Numbered from the stretch's first letter, positions 29,895-40,167 are shown. The stretch: DNA of 64,000 nucleotides from Dehalococcoidia bacterium (GCA_965197645.1 OZ240219.1:1152001-1216000); one strand, 5' to 3'. Translations and numbers: made by a program. Notes: generated by a model not told the origin, from the letters alone.

Positions 29895-31157
29895 ATGGCG
29901 CAAGCGTTAACCAGTCCATTCGACAACCCGGACCGTGTGGCTCCGGAAGTAATCGCCAATCCGTATCCCAGCTATGACGAGCTGCGTACCAGAGACCCGG
30001 TCCACTGGAACGATGGACTCAAATACTGGGCCCTGACCCGGTACCCCGACGTCTTGGCGGCACTGCGAGATCGGCGTCTTTCCATGGAGCGGATGTCCTT
30101 CTTCGTAGGCCGGCTTCCAGAGCCGGTCCAGGAGATGATGGCCCCCGTCACTCGGCTCTTCTCCAACATGATGTTGATGTCCGATCCGCCGAAGCACACC
30201 CGGCTCCGCAGCTTGGCCAACAAAGCGTTCACCCCGCGGGTGGTCGAGGCTATACGGTCCCATATACAGGCTATCGTCGACCGCGCTCTCGATAAGGTTG
30301 AAGAGGCGGGCAAGATGGACGTGATAGCCGATCTGGCATACCCGCTGCCCGTTACGGTCATCTGCGAGATGCTGGGTGTGGCGCCCGAAGACCGGGAACA
30401 GTTCAAGAATTGGAGCGACGACCTGGCCTACTTCCTGGGCGATATTCGCCGCGCTGCTCAACATATTCCCGTCGCCCAGCAGAGCGCGCTGGCAATGACG
30501 GAGTACCTTAAAGACATAATCAGGGAATGTCGTCGTAACCCCAGGGATAACCTTATTAGTGCCCTGGTGGCCGTCGAAGAGCAGGGAGAGGTGTTCAGCG
30601 AGGAAGAGCTTTTCTCGATGTTCATCCTGCTGCATCTAGGAGGCCATGAGACCACCACCAATCTCATCGGCAACGGCCTGCTGGCCCTGTTGCAGAACCC
30701 GGACCAGTTGGAGAAGCTGAAAGCCGACCCTTCCCTGATCGAGACCGCCGTCGAGGAGTTCCTGCGCTACAACAGCCCGATACAGTCTACGATTCGGCTG
30801 GCCTTGGAAGACCTGGAGATAGGCGGCCAGTCGATCTCCCAGGGGCAGTGGGTGGGGATATACATAGGGGCGGCCAACACGGATCCTGCGCAGTTTGCCG
30901 ATCCGGACCGGCTGGATATCACGAGGCGGGAGAACAGGCACCTTGCCTTCGGGTTCGGGCCTCATTTTTGCCTGGGCGCCGCCCTGGCCCGATTGGAAGG
31001 ACAGATCGCCATCAATACCGTCCTTCGTCGCATGCGCCATCTGAGGCTGGAGCCCCCCTTCTCCCCCGAAAGCCCGGTGGAGGAATTCCCGTGGCGGAAC
31101 AATCGGGCCTTTCACGGCTTGGAGTCTTTGCCAGTGGCTTTCAACGGCGCGTCCTGA
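29895..31157 (+). CDS. Cytochrome P450
   Basis: DPPKHTRLR, GGHETT, EEFLR (ExxR), FGFGPHFCLG heme motif; ATG at 29895. Confidence 0.94.
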   Translation: MAQALTSPFDNPDRVAPEVIANPYPSYDELRTRDPVHWNDGLKYWALTRYPDVLAALRDRRLSMERMSFFVGRLPEPVQEMMAPVTRLFSNMMLMSDPPKHTRLRSLANKAFTPRVVEAIRSHIQAIVDRALDKVEEAGKMDVIADLAYPLPVTVICEMLGVAPEDREQFKNWSDDLAYFLGDIRRAAQHIPVAQQSALAMTEYLKDIIRECRRNPRDNLISALVAVEEQGEVFSEEELFSMFILLHLGGHETTTNLIGNGLLALLQNPDQLEKLKADPSLIETAVEEFLRYNSPIQSTIRLALEDLEIGGQSISQGQWVGIYIGAANTDPAQFADPDRLDITRRENRHLAFGFGPHFCLGAALARLEGQIAINTVLRRMRHLRLEPPFSPESPVEEFPWRNNRAFHGLESLPVAFNGAS

Positions 31158-31251
31158 GGACCAGGACTGGGACCGTGCCAAGGGTGGTCGGAACAACCGC
31201 CCCTACGAAAACTGTAATACCGATACGTCAACCCTGACCAAGGAGGAGAAC

Positions 31252-32034
31252 ATGCCCGTTGTAGACCTATCGCTGGAGGGAAAGGTAGCATTGATAACCG
31301 GCGGCTCCAAGGGGATCGGCCTGGCTATAGGACTGGCGTATGCCGAGCACGGGGCTGATATCGCCATCGCCGCTCGGGGTGCTGAAGCCCTGGAGACCGC
31401 ACGAAAGGAGATCCAGGCCACCGGTCGGAGGGTCATCGCCATACAGGCCGACGCCAGCAACGACGAAGGCCTTGAAAGCATGTACCAACGCACCGTCGAT
31501 GAGCTGGGCGGCGTGGACATCCTGATAAACAACGCAGCCAGGGGTGGAATGCCCAATCTGGGCGATACCACCCACGAGATGTTCGAAGCTGTTATGCAGA
31601 TGAACATGTGGGCGCCCCTCAGACTCTCTCAGCTTTGCCGTCAATCGATGGTCGAGAGAGGTGGGGGAGTGATTATCAACATCGTCTCCAACGAGGGGGT
31701 CAGGCCTTCGTTGGGCATCGGAATTTACGCCCCCTCCAAGGCCGGGCTTATGAACCTTTCCCAGCTGCTGGCCAAGGAGTGGGTCAGGGACAATATACGG
31801 GTGACCTGCATCGCCCCCGGCCTGATACGGACCGAGTTGGCCACGCGACTGGTGGAAGCCGTCGAGGCCTCCGGCCACTATCCCAGCCCCCAGTTGCGCA
31901 TCGGCGAGCCTGCCGAGATAGCCGGGATGGCCCTGTTCCTGGCGAGCCCGGCGGGGAGCTATGCCACAGGCGAGACCTACGTGGTGGACGGCGGCGAGAT
32001 GGCCTCGGGCGCCGGTGATGCCATGCTGCAGTAG
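31252..32034 (+). CDS. Short-chain dehydrogenase/reductase
   Basis: ITGGSKGIG, INNAA, YAPSK (YxxxK), IAPG. Confidence 0.92.
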   Translation: MPVVDLSLEGKVALITGGSKGIGLAIGLAYAEHGADIAIAARGAEALETARKEIQATGRRVIAIQADASNDEGLESMYQRTVDELGGVDILINNAARGGMPNLGDTTHEMFEAVMQMNMWAPLRLSQLCRQSMVERGGGVIINIVSNEGVRPSLGIGIYAPSKAGLMNLSQLLAKEWVRDNIRVTCIAPGLIRTELATRLVEAVEASGHYPSPQLRIGEPAEIAGMALFLASPAGSYATGETYVVDGGEMASGAGDAMLQ

Positions 32035-32099
32035 TTTCCGCTCCCTCACTCTGCTGGTAGGCCTTTCCGCTTTTGTGCGCCTCCGGAACCGATGATGCA

Positions 32100-32142
32100 A
32101 AAAGAAACGCCGCAGATCTTAGCCTGCGGCGTTTCTTTCTTT
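32100..32142. terminator. Bidirectional intrinsic terminator
   Basis: AAAAGAAACGCCGCAG-loop-CTGCGGCGTTTCTTTCTTT between convergent genes. Confidence 0.8.
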
Positions 32143-32225
32143 GTGGTCTGAGCAGTGCTCGGGGTTGGGGGGGTGTCGCTCAGACCGATGGGGAGATAGT
32201 AATCGAGTAGTACTCCCGTCGAAGC

Positions 32226-32256
32226 AAGACGCTCCGATGATTAGTCGGAGCGTCTT
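32226..32256 (-). terminator. Hairpin directly after the 45-aa ORF
   Basis: AAGACGCTCCGA..TCGGAGCGTCTT 12-bp stem. Confidence 0.6.
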
Positions 32257-32266
32257 CTATGCCAGG

Positions 32267-32404
32267 TTACCTGGCGAACATGGTGTACAGGAGCCAGTCG
32301 GTGCTGGACTTCTCGGCCTTGGGCTTTCCCTGAACCTCGCCGGCCCATCGGTCGAGCGTTATGGGAAGCTCGACGGTCTTCCTGAGGATTCTCTTTACGC
32401 TCAT
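32267..32404 (-). CDS. Small hypothetical protein (45 aa)
   Basis: SD AAAGGAG + ATG; MSVKRILRKTVELPITLDRWAGEVQGKPKAEKSSTDWLLYTMFAR*; GC3-rich codons; divergent from LysR; followed by a hairpin. Confidence 0.7.
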   Translation of the reverse strand: MSVKRILRKTVELPITLDRWAGEVQGKPKAEKSSTDWLLYTMFAR

Positions 32405-32499
32405 TGCTCTCTCCTTTCACTGAGTAGATGTTTGCTAATCCGTATAGCTATTCTCACGCTAAAATTACATTGTGTCCAGATATGTTCTATAATATTCAG

Positions 32500-32516
32500 T
32501 ATCATTTTTGATGATA
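32500..32516. promoter_or_regulatory. Probable LysR binding site (T-N11-A)
   Basis: TATCATTTTTGATGATA dyad in the AT-rich divergent region. Confidence 0.55.
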
Positions 32517-32537
32517 TAGTGTAGCTGGGAGTACCCT

Positions 32538-33419
32538 ATGGAGCTACGAGAGCTCAGGAGCTTTTGCATCGCGGCGCAGCTCAGAAGCATCTCCAAGGCG
32601 GCGGACAAGCTGGACATCGGGCAGCCGACCGTCACCACCCACGTGAAGAACCTGGAGAAAGAGCTGGGCAAGACGCTTTTCGATAGGGTCAAGCGCCCTA
32701 TACAGCTCACCCTGGCCGGACAAAAGCTGTTCGAGATGGCCGCTCCGCTGGTCGAGGGGATCGACGCCCTGGCTGCCAATACGTCCAAGGAGGAGATGGA
32801 AGGCCCGGTCAGCATAGCCGCCACCCACGACATCATCCCCCATACGCTGCTGAGCGTGGTCCAGGCCTTCGAATCCAAGTATCCCCACGTGCTGCTGAGG
32901 ATCCGGTCGGACCATCGGGCCGAGGTGTTGACCAGGGTGGCCAACCTGGAGGCGGACATCGGGATAGTCCCCGGCCCCGAGCTGGGCTCCGCCTTTGATT
33001 TCGAAGGGATGTTCGGCTACGAAAGGGTGTTGATCACCCCCGTAGGCCATCCGCTGCTGAAGACGCGGCTAACGTCCATCGACCAGATTGCCCAGTGGCC
33101 GTTGATCCTCATGGGCCCGCATACAACGACCCGGGAGATGCTGGAGTCGGAGTTCCGGCGCAGAGGACTGAGCTATGAGGTGGTGGTGGAGCTGGACAGC
33201 ATGGACATGATCAAGAGGTACGTCGCGCTGGGGATGGGAGTCTCGGTGGGGCCCAGGCTCGCCATAGACCCGGGGGACCAGAAGACCCTGGGTGTCGTAA
33301 GCCTGGCTACGCTGCTGCCGGTGGAGCAGGGGGGAGTGGTGACCCTTCAGGGGAGGACGTTGTCCACCCCGGCGATGAATTTCCTATCGGTAATGAGGAA
33401 GACGCTGTCCAACGCCTGA
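32538..33419 (+). CDS. LysR family transcriptional regulator
   Basis: SISKAADKLDIGQPTVTTHVKNLEKELG HTH followed by a substrate-binding domain. Confidence 0.94.
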   Translation: MELRELRSFCIAAQLRSISKAADKLDIGQPTVTTHVKNLEKELGKTLFDRVKRPIQLTLAGQKLFEMAAPLVEGIDALAANTSKEEMEGPVSIAATHDIIPHTLLSVVQAFESKYPHVLLRIRSDHRAEVLTRVANLEADIGIVPGPELGSAFDFEGMFGYERVLITPVGHPLLKTRLTSIDQIAQWPLILMGPHTTTREMLESEFRRRGLSYEVVVELDSMDMIKRYVALGMGVSVGPRLAIDPGDQKTLGVVSLATLLPVEQGGVVTLQGRTLSTPAMNFLSVMRKTLSNA

Positions 33420-33423
33420 GGCG

Positions 33424-34419
33424 CTATTCTCGCCAGACCCGTTGGAAGAGACGCAGCCAGTTGCCGCCCATGATCTTGGATACGTCGTCGTCCCTGTAGC
33501 CCCGGTTCAGCAGCTCGGTGGCTATGCTGGAGAACTTGTCTGGTGTCTCCATGCCAACGGGGTGCAGGAGGGGGTCGGGGTAGGTAACAGGACGCTCCCG
33601 GTATCTCACTCCCTGCTGGGAGGAGAGCCATTCGAAAAAGTCTCCGTGCTGGTCCTGGGTGTAGTCGGTGCCGATGGCCACGTGGTCGATGCCGACCCGC
33701 TCCACCAGGTCGTCTATGGCGTCGACGTAGTCGGCCAACGTCGATGAGAAACCGCGGCGGAGGAATGGCGGGAAGGCGTTGGCCCCTATGACACCGCCCC
33801 TCTCGGTGATCAGCTTCAGAGCGTCGTCGGTCTTGTTGCGCACGTGTTCCATGAAGGAGCGGGCGTTGGCGTGGGTGCAGGCAACGGGCAGCTCGGAGAC
33901 CTCCGCCGCCTCCATGGTGGTCCTCTCGCCGACGTGGGAGAGGTCGATCAGAATGCCCAGTCGATTCATCTCCTTGACGGCATCGACTCCGAAGGTGCTC
34001 AGCCCATCGTCATGGCGCTCCATACAGCCGTTTCCCAGCAGATTTCGCTCGTTGTAGGTCAGCTGTATGACTCGCACGCCGAGGGCGTGGAAGAGGTCCA
34101 GCCGGTCGAGGCGGTTCTCGATGGGCGAGGCGTTCTGAAATCCGAAGATCATCCCGGACCTGCCGCTCTGCTTCGCAGCGTGGATATCCTCCACGGTCTT
34201 GACCTGTGTAACGTAGTCCGAGTAGCTGCGGAAACGGCCCATCCACGTGGCGATGTGGTCCATGGTGGCCTGAAAGCCCTCCCAGACGGCGATGGTGCAG
34301 TTGCTGGCCGTCACCCCGCCGGCATGCAGGCTGCGATACACGTCGGGGCTGTCCCAGTTGCTGACGTTGAGGCCGTCTATCACAACGGAACGGGTGTAAA
34401 CGTCTGGTGGTGGACTCAT
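33424..34419 (-). CDS. Membrane dipeptidase (peptidase M19) family protein
   Basis: GVRVIQLTYNERN, LIDLSHVG, THANAR, IGTDY; start trimmed to the ATG at 34419. Confidence 0.88.
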   Translation of the reverse strand: MSPPPDVYTRSVVIDGLNVSNWDSPDVYRSLHAGGVTASNCTIAVWEGFQATMDHIATWMGRFRSYSDYVTQVKTVEDIHAAKQSGRSGMIFGFQNASPIENRLDRLDLFHALGVRVIQLTYNERNLLGNGCMERHDDGLSTFGVDAVKEMNRLGILIDLSHVGERTTMEAAEVSELPVACTHANARSFMEHVRNKTDDALKLITERGGVIGANAFPPFLRRGFSSTLADYVDAIDDLVERVGIDHVAIGTDYTQDQHGDFFEWLSSQQGVRYRERPVTYPDPLLHPVGMETPDKFSSIATELLNRGYRDDDVSKIMGGNWLRLFQRVWRE

Positions 34420-34427
34420 CGGGTCTA

Positions 34428-35735
34428 CTAGGCGAGGTGGTCGGGATAGTCCATCCCGATCTGCCCCAGCTCCTCTAGGCGCTTGTAGTCGGCGTCGGAG
34501 TAACCCAGCACTTCCTTGTAGACGTACTCGTTGTGCTCTCCCAGCCTGGCCGGCGGCAACCGTATGGCGTTGGGAGTGCGGGCCAGGTGACCGTTCATTC
34601 CCGGGTAGAGATGGGTGCCCGTCTCCGCCTGGGTGACCTCGTGAAAGAACTCTCGCTCCTTGTAGTGAGGGTTTTCGTACACCTCTCGTTGGTTGTGCAC
34701 TGCCGATGCGGCTATACCCCTGCTCTGCAACAGGTGGGACGCCTCCTGTTTGTCCACGGTTTTCGTCCACTCGGCGATGTGGCGGTCCAGATCGACCTGG
34801 TTTCTGTATCGGCTGGACTCGGTGGCGAACTTGTCATCCTGTACCCAGTCGGGATCTCCCATGGCGTGGCGGAGGGATTGCCACTCATCTTCGTTGGATA
34901 CGGCGATGACCACCCAGTTGTCGTCTCCCTTGCAGGGATAGCAGCCGTGAGGCGCCAGGTGCCGATGCCGGTTGCCCAGGGTCCTTTGAGAGCGGCGGTT
35001 CATGGTGTAGTCCATTATGGAATCGCCCATGTAGGCGGTGAAGTTCTCGATCAGCGGCATCTCGATCATCTGGCCCCGGCCGGTGCGAGCCCGGTGCCTC
35101 AGTCCCATCATCGCCGCGACGGCGCCCATCACACCCGAGGCCGAGTCGCTGTAGTAGACGTCTTCTCGGACCTGCACATCCAGGTCCTCGTAGCCTCGTA
35201 TCCAGGTATGCCCCGATATGCCATCGCTGTGGCTGCCCAGGCCCCTGTAGCTGCTGTAAGGAGCATCGATGCCGAAACCGGGCATCCTGACCATTACCAG
35301 GCCGGGATTGATCTTGCTCAGGCGCTCGTACTGCAACCCCAGCTTGGTGGCGGTTTCGGGGACGTTGTTCTCGATAAGGACGTCCGATACGGCGATAAGC
35401 TTGTCGAAGGCTTCCTTGCCCTCCGGCGTGCGGAGCTCCATGGTGACGCTGAGCTGATTTCGGGCGTGAACGTTGAAGTGAGGGGACCGGTTCCACAAGC
35501 GAGTGCCCGGGTCCCAATCTGGGTAGGCGACACCCCAGCTTTTGCGCTTTACCACGTCCTCCTTGGTAAGGTGAGTAGAGAAGCCTCGGGTCTGAGGCTG
35601 CAGGACGCTCAGGGGCTCCACCTTTATCACCTCGGCGCCCCAGTCGGCCAGGTTCTGAGCGGCATAGGGGCCGGCCCACACCAGCGTGATGGCGATGACC
35701 CGTATGCCCTCCAACGGCAAGGGAGGCCTGTTCAC
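34428..35735 (-). CDS. CoA-transferase family III (CaiB/BaiF)
   Basis: PLEGIRV..WAGPY..LADWGAEVIKVE. Confidence 0.9.
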   Translation of the reverse strand: MNRPPLPLEGIRVIAITLVWAGPYAAQNLADWGAEVIKVEPLSVLQPQTRGFSTHLTKEDVVKRKSWGVAYPDWDPGTRLWNRSPHFNVHARNQLSVTMELRTPEGKEAFDKLIAVSDVLIENNVPETATKLGLQYERLSKINPGLVMVRMPGFGIDAPYSSYRGLGSHSDGISGHTWIRGYEDLDVQVREDVYYSDSASGVMGAVAAMMGLRHRARTGRGQMIEMPLIENFTAYMGDSIMDYTMNRRSQRTLGNRHRHLAPHGCYPCKGDDNWVVIAVSNEDEWQSLRHAMGDPDWVQDDKFATESSRYRNQVDLDRHIAEWTKTVDKQEASHLLQSRGIAASAVHNQREVYENPHYKEREFFHEVTQAETGTHLYPGMNGHLARTPNAIRLPPARLGEHNEYVYKEVLGYSDADYKRLEELGQIGMDYPDHLA

Positions 35736-35780
35736 GGTCGATTCTCCATGTTCATCCGCCGGATCTTCATCGATTTTCAG

Positions 35781-36992
35781 CTAGATAACGCCGGCCCGTC
35801 TCAACCCGGTGAGCTCTTCCCGGCTGTGGCCCAGCAGGCCTTGTAATACCTCTTGATTATGCTCACCCAGGGTCGGGGCCGGGCGGCGCAGCGTCCTGGG
35901 TGAGTCGTTCATCACGAAGGGCCGCCCCGGGTATGTCAGGTTGCCCCCGTGGGGGTGCTCGATGTCCGTCCAGTAGGCCCTGCCGCGGTAGTTGGGGTCC
36001 TGAAGCAGCTGCTCCGAGGTGTACAGAGGACCGGACAGCATGTGGGCCTTTTCCGCCTCCTGCCAGACCTCTTCGACGGTGTGCTCCATAAGCCAGGGAT
36101 CGAACAGAGCGTTGAAGACATCGACGGCTTCCGGGTCCAGAACGCCGCGGGAGGTATCGAACATCGGGTCATCCTTCATCTCCGGCATGCCGATCATATC
36201 CAGGGCACCCGGCACGAAGTTTCCGAAAGGCGTGATGTTGATGTAGCCGTCCAGGCACTTATGTATGTACTCCCCGCCCTCCCGCTGCTGGTACCCTCGC
36301 CCGAAAAGCTCGCCGGTGTACTGGTGGGCCAGGAGCATCGGGCCGCTGCGGTCGACGCTGCCGGTCTGAACGTCGGCGATGGATAGGTCTATGTGATCGC
36401 CCCTGCCCCTGATATCGACGGCGTGAAGGGCTAGCAGGCTGTAGAGCGTGGCCGTAGAACCGGTGTGATACTGGATCACGTTGCCGCCCAACTTCATCGG
36501 CTCGCGTTCAGGGATGCCCGAAGCGTACATAAGGCCGCTGAAGGCGTAGGTGACTATCTCCTGGGACTTGTAGTCCCGGTAGGGGCTGGTCTGTCCGAAG
36601 TTGGAGATGGAGGTCATCACCAGCCTGGGATTGATATCGGCCAGGGTCTCATAGTCGAGGCCGAGGCCGGGCATCACCGACGGGCGGAAGTTCTCGACGA
36701 GCAGGTCCGCCCACTTCACCAGCTCTTTGAGCAGGTCGGCTCCCCTTCGAATCTTGAGGTCCAGCGTGACCGAGCGCTTGTTGGTGTTGAGGTTCAGGAA
36801 TAGGCCGCTCTTCTCCGGGTGCGGCAAATCGTCGAGGAAGGGGCCGATGCTGCGGGCGCCGTCGCCGGAGCCCGGCCGCTCGACCTTGATGACGTCGGCC
36901 CCGTAGTCGGCTAGCAGCTTGGTGCAGTACGGCCCGGCCACGTAGTGGGTCAGGTCCAGCACTTTCAGATCGCCTAGGGCTTGGGTCGGCAA
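35781..36992 (-). CDS. CoA-transferase family III (CaiB/BaiF)
   Basis: LKVLDLTHYVAGPYCTKLLADYGADVIKVE, NTNKRS, APTLGEHN. Confidence 0.92.
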   Translation of the reverse strand: MPTQALGDLKVLDLTHYVAGPYCTKLLADYGADVIKVERPGSGDGARSIGPFLDDLPHPEKSGLFLNLNTNKRSVTLDLKIRRGADLLKELVKWADLLVENFRPSVMPGLGLDYETLADINPRLVMTSISNFGQTSPYRDYKSQEIVTYAFSGLMYASGIPEREPMKLGGNVIQYHTGSTATLYSLLALHAVDIRGRGDHIDLSIADVQTGSVDRSGPMLLAHQYTGELFGRGYQQREGGEYIHKCLDGYINITPFGNFVPGALDMIGMPEMKDDPMFDTSRGVLDPEAVDVFNALFDPWLMEHTVEEVWQEAEKAHMLSGPLYTSEQLLQDPNYRGRAYWTDIEHPHGGNLTYPGRPFVMNDSPRTLRRPAPTLGEHNQEVLQGLLGHSREELTGLRRAGVI

Positions 36993-37125
36993 CTTGCGAT
37001 ACCTCGTCTGCTTGAGCTAAGCGGCCCAATTCTACCACCGAGGTGAAAGGGATGGCAGTGCCAGACAGCCGAGAAGCCGCTGTGAAAGCGGGTCAGGAAG
37101 ACCGGCCCATCACCCTCGGGGTATT

Positions 37126-37647
37126 TTAGTGATGATGGAAGTCGCCCGGCTCGTCCAGGATGGCAGTTTCTTGGACCTCGACTGTGAGCCAGTTCTCGAA
37201 ACAGCAGCCGCTGGACAGGCTGGTAACGCCGATGGTTGCCCGCCCACCGAGGCCCTTCTCCTCGCCCAGCACCTCGACGAACAGGTCGGTGGCGCCGCTG
37301 GAGACCTTGTTGACGTCGGTGAACTCGGGGGTGCAAACGACGAAGTTTAGGGAGCGGACGAGGCCGCCGATGCGGTCCAGGTCTCCTATGGCCAGCTTGA
37401 TGCCGCCCAGGCAGTTGATAGCCGTCAGCCTAGCCGCCTCGTAGCCTTGCTCGATGGTCAGGTCTTTGCCCAAGATGCCGGGGTGTACCGGCCCGCCGTC
37501 ACGCCAGGGGATGTGGCCGCTGAGAAACAGCAGGTTGCCGACCCGGTGGTGGGACTTCATGGACCCGAAGGTAGAGCCGTAGTACCCAGTCTCGGAGAAA
37601 TCCGGCAGCTCTATGCCCATCTGGGACAGCTTTTCTTCTACTTGCAT
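37126..37647 (-). CDS. RidA/YjgF family protein
   Basis: VGNLLFLSGHIP, GYEAARLTAINCL, GGRATIGV; start trimmed to the ATG at 37647. Confidence 0.85.
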   Translation of the reverse strand: MQVEEKLSQMGIELPDFSETGYYGSTFGSMKSHHRVGNLLFLSGHIPWRDGGPVHPGILGKDLTIEQGYEAARLTAINCLGGIKLAIGDLDRIGGLVRSLNFVVCTPEFTDVNKVSSGATDLFVEVLGEEKGLGGRATIGVTSLSSGCCFENWLTVEVQETAILDEPGDFHHH

Positions 37648-37804
37648 GGTGGGACCTGCTGAGTAACCGTTGTCTGTCAATCGACTGGCTATCAATCGAC
37701 CGTTCAACTAGAGGGGCATCCGTTTAAGGACTCGGTTGGCGCCCGACGCACCTGTGCCCTACGGGTCCGCTCCATCCGCTGAGAATGAATGACCAGTTGG
37801 CCGG

Positions 37805-38974
37805 CTACTCGTAGACCTTGATGAGGTCGTAGGTCGTGGTGCGCTGGGCGGGGATGCGGCCCATGTCCTTGATCAGCCGCTGGAACTCCTCGGGGGACAT
37901 GTACTCGCCGTAGGGCGCTCCGGCGGAGCGGGATATCTTCTCGTTCATCAAGGTGCCGCCGAAGTCGTTGGCGCCGGCGTTCAGGCAGAGCTGGGAGGCC
38001 TTGGGGCCCAGCTTGACCCACGAGACCTGGATGTTATCGATGAAGTTGTTCAGCATAATCCTCGATACGGCGTGCATTCGCAGGTCCTCGAAGCCGGTGG
38101 GGCCGGGCCGGGCGGTGCCGTCCAAGTAGATGGGAGCGTTCCAGTGCACGAACCCCAGGGGAACGAACTCGGTGAAGCCGCCCGTTTCTCGCTGGATGTC
38201 CCTCAGCAGAGCCAGATGATTGGCCCAGTGCACCGGCGAGTCGACGTGACCGTACATGATGGTGGAAGTGGTCTTCAGACCGACGCTGTGGGCGGTCTTG
38301 ACTATCTCCACCCACCGCTCGGCGCTCAGCTTGTCCTTGGTCAGAGTGCTGCGGATTTCCGTATCCAAGATCTCTGCTGCTGTGCCGGGGACGGTACCGA
38401 GGCCCACCTCTTTCAACATCAGAAGGAAGTCCCGCACGCTGAGCCCAGTCCTCCTGACTCCGTAATCGATCTCGAAGGGGGAGTAGGCGTGGACGTGGAT
38501 ATCGGGCACCAGCTCCTTGATGGCGATGAGCATGTCCCGGTACTCGTAGCCGGTCATCTTGGGGTGAAGGCCGCCCTGCATGCAGACCTCGGTGGCGCCG
38601 GCTTCCCAGGCCTCCTCGGCCCGGCGGGCCACCTCCGCGATGGTCAGGGTCTCGGCGCCCTCCTCCCCGAAGTGCTTGGCGAAGGCGCAGAAACGGCAGC
38701 CTGTGTAGCAGATGGTGGTGAAATTGATGTTTCGAACGGTGACGTAGGTGATCATATCTCCGACGGCCCGCTTGCGAAGCTCGTTGGCGACCATGCAGAG
38801 GGCGTGAAGCTCCAGATCGCTGGCATCGAAGAGCTTGATCCCCTCCTCTATCGTCACTTCCTTGTCGTCCAGGGCCCGGTCCAGAATGTGGGCCGTGTCC
38901 AGATCGATGACGCTCAGCAACCTGTCCACTGACCTACCTGCCGCCGCCGAAAACGTACCTGCCTCGACTACCAT
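37805..38974 (-). CDS. cofH: FO synthase subunit CofH (radical SAM)
   Basis: RNINFTTICYTGCRFCAF, EVCMQGGLHP, PGTAAEILD, NDFGGTLMNE. Confidence 0.9.
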   Translation of the reverse strand: MVVEAGTFSAAAGRSVDRLLSVIDLDTAHILDRALDDKEVTIEEGIKLFDASDLELHALCMVANELRKRAVGDMITYVTVRNINFTTICYTGCRFCAFAKHFGEEGAETLTIAEVARRAEEAWEAGATEVCMQGGLHPKMTGYEYRDMLIAIKELVPDIHVHAYSPFEIDYGVRRTGLSVRDFLLMLKEVGLGTVPGTAAEILDTEIRSTLTKDKLSAERWVEIVKTAHSVGLKTTSTIMYGHVDSPVHWANHLALLRDIQRETGGFTEFVPLGFVHWNAPIYLDGTARPGPTGFEDLRMHAVSRIMLNNFIDNIQVSWVKLGPKASQLCLNAGANDFGGTLMNEKISRSAGAPYGEYMSPEEFQRLIKDMGRIPAQRTTTYDLIKVYE

Positions 38975-40167
38975 ATTGTTTTCTCTTCCTTTACAAACCC
39001 GTCTTGGTCCACCCAGTCCCAGACCTGGGACTGCATGGAGGGGTTCAGGTATTCCGGCCTTTCGAAGATGTACTCGGGATAGATGGCCAGTCGCTCCCTG
39101 AGATCGAACCCGGCCAGTTCGGTCCGCCCCTTCAGCTCGGTCAGCTTGGGCCAGGCCTTTTCCGGGTTGATGTGGTCCTTGGTAACCGGCGAGACGCCGC
39201 CCCAGTCGTTGATGCCGGCCAGCAGATAGAACTGGTAGGCCTCGGGTGTGAGGTTAGGTGGCGACTGGATGTTCATATCGCCGCCGAGGATCAGCCGGGC
39301 CACGGCGATGGTGACGACCATATCCAGTGCCGTGGGCTCCTGGTACCCTCGCATTCGGGTGTCCGGCTTGGCCCGAAAGTTCTGGATGATGACCTCTTGA
39401 ATGTGGCCGTGCTCCTCGTGGAGCTCCTTGATGGCAAACAGCGAATCGACCCGCTCTTCCAGGGTCTCTCCGATTCCTATGAGTATGCCGGTGGTAAAGG
39501 GGATGTTCATTTCGCCGGCGTGTCTCATCGTTGCCAGCCTGATCTCTGGGTGTTTACCCATGCAGCCGTAGTGGGCCTGGCCCTTCTCCATGAGTCGAGG
39601 GCTGACGTTTTCCAGCATCAGGCCCATGCTCACGTTCACTTCTTTGAGCTGGGCGATCTCCTCCCGTTCCAGTACACCGCAGTTGGAGTGGGGCAGGAGG
39701 CCCGTTTCCCGGATGACCAAGTCGCACATGGCGGTGAGGTAGTCAGTGGTGGTGGCGTATCCCTGCCTGTCCAAGTCCTCCCTGGCCAGAGGGTGAATCT
39801 GTTCAGGTTTCTCTCCCAGGCTGAACAGCGCCTCCTTGCATCCCGCTTTCCTACCCGCCTCGGCTACGGCCAGCACCTCCTCGGGGGTCATGGTGTGGGC
39901 CTGGGGATGGGAGGGGACCTTTACGAAAGTGCAGTAGCCGCAACGATCGCGGCACATATTGGTCAGGGGAATGAAGACCTTGCGGGAGTAGGAGACCCGG
40001 TGGCCCTTGCTCCGGTCCCTGAGCTCGCTGGAGCAGTGCATCAGGGCCGGGACCTGGGTATCGGAGGACCGGATCAGCAGGTAGGCGTCTTCTCTCGTGA
40101 TGCCCCCGGCGCCGAGAGCCTTCTCCAGAATATCATCGACGCGCGTTGGAGCAGGGGTGTAGGTCAT
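38968..40167 (-). CDS. cofG: FO synthase subunit CofG (radical SAM)
   Basis: YSRKVFIPLTNMCRDRCGYCTF, PFTTGILIGIGE, GINDWGGVSPVT. Confidence 0.93.
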   Translation of the reverse strand: MTYTPAPTRVDDILEKALGAGGITREDAYLLIRSSDTQVPALMHCSSELRDRSKGHRVSYSRKVFIPLTNMCRDRCGYCTFVKVPSHPQAHTMTPEEVLAVAEAGRKAGCKEALFSLGEKPEQIHPLAREDLDRQGYATTTDYLTAMCDLVIRETGLLPHSNCGVLEREEIAQLKEVNVSMGLMLENVSPRLMEKGQAHYGCMGKHPEIRLATMRHAGEMNIPFTTGILIGIGETLEERVDSLFAIKELHEEHGHIQEVIIQNFRAKPDTRMRGYQEPTALDMVVTIAVARLILGGDMNIQSPPNLTPEAYQFYLLAGINDWGGVSPVTKDHINPEKAWPKLTELKGRTELAGFDLRERLAIYPEYIFERPEYLNPSMQSQVWDWVDQDGFVKEEKTIW

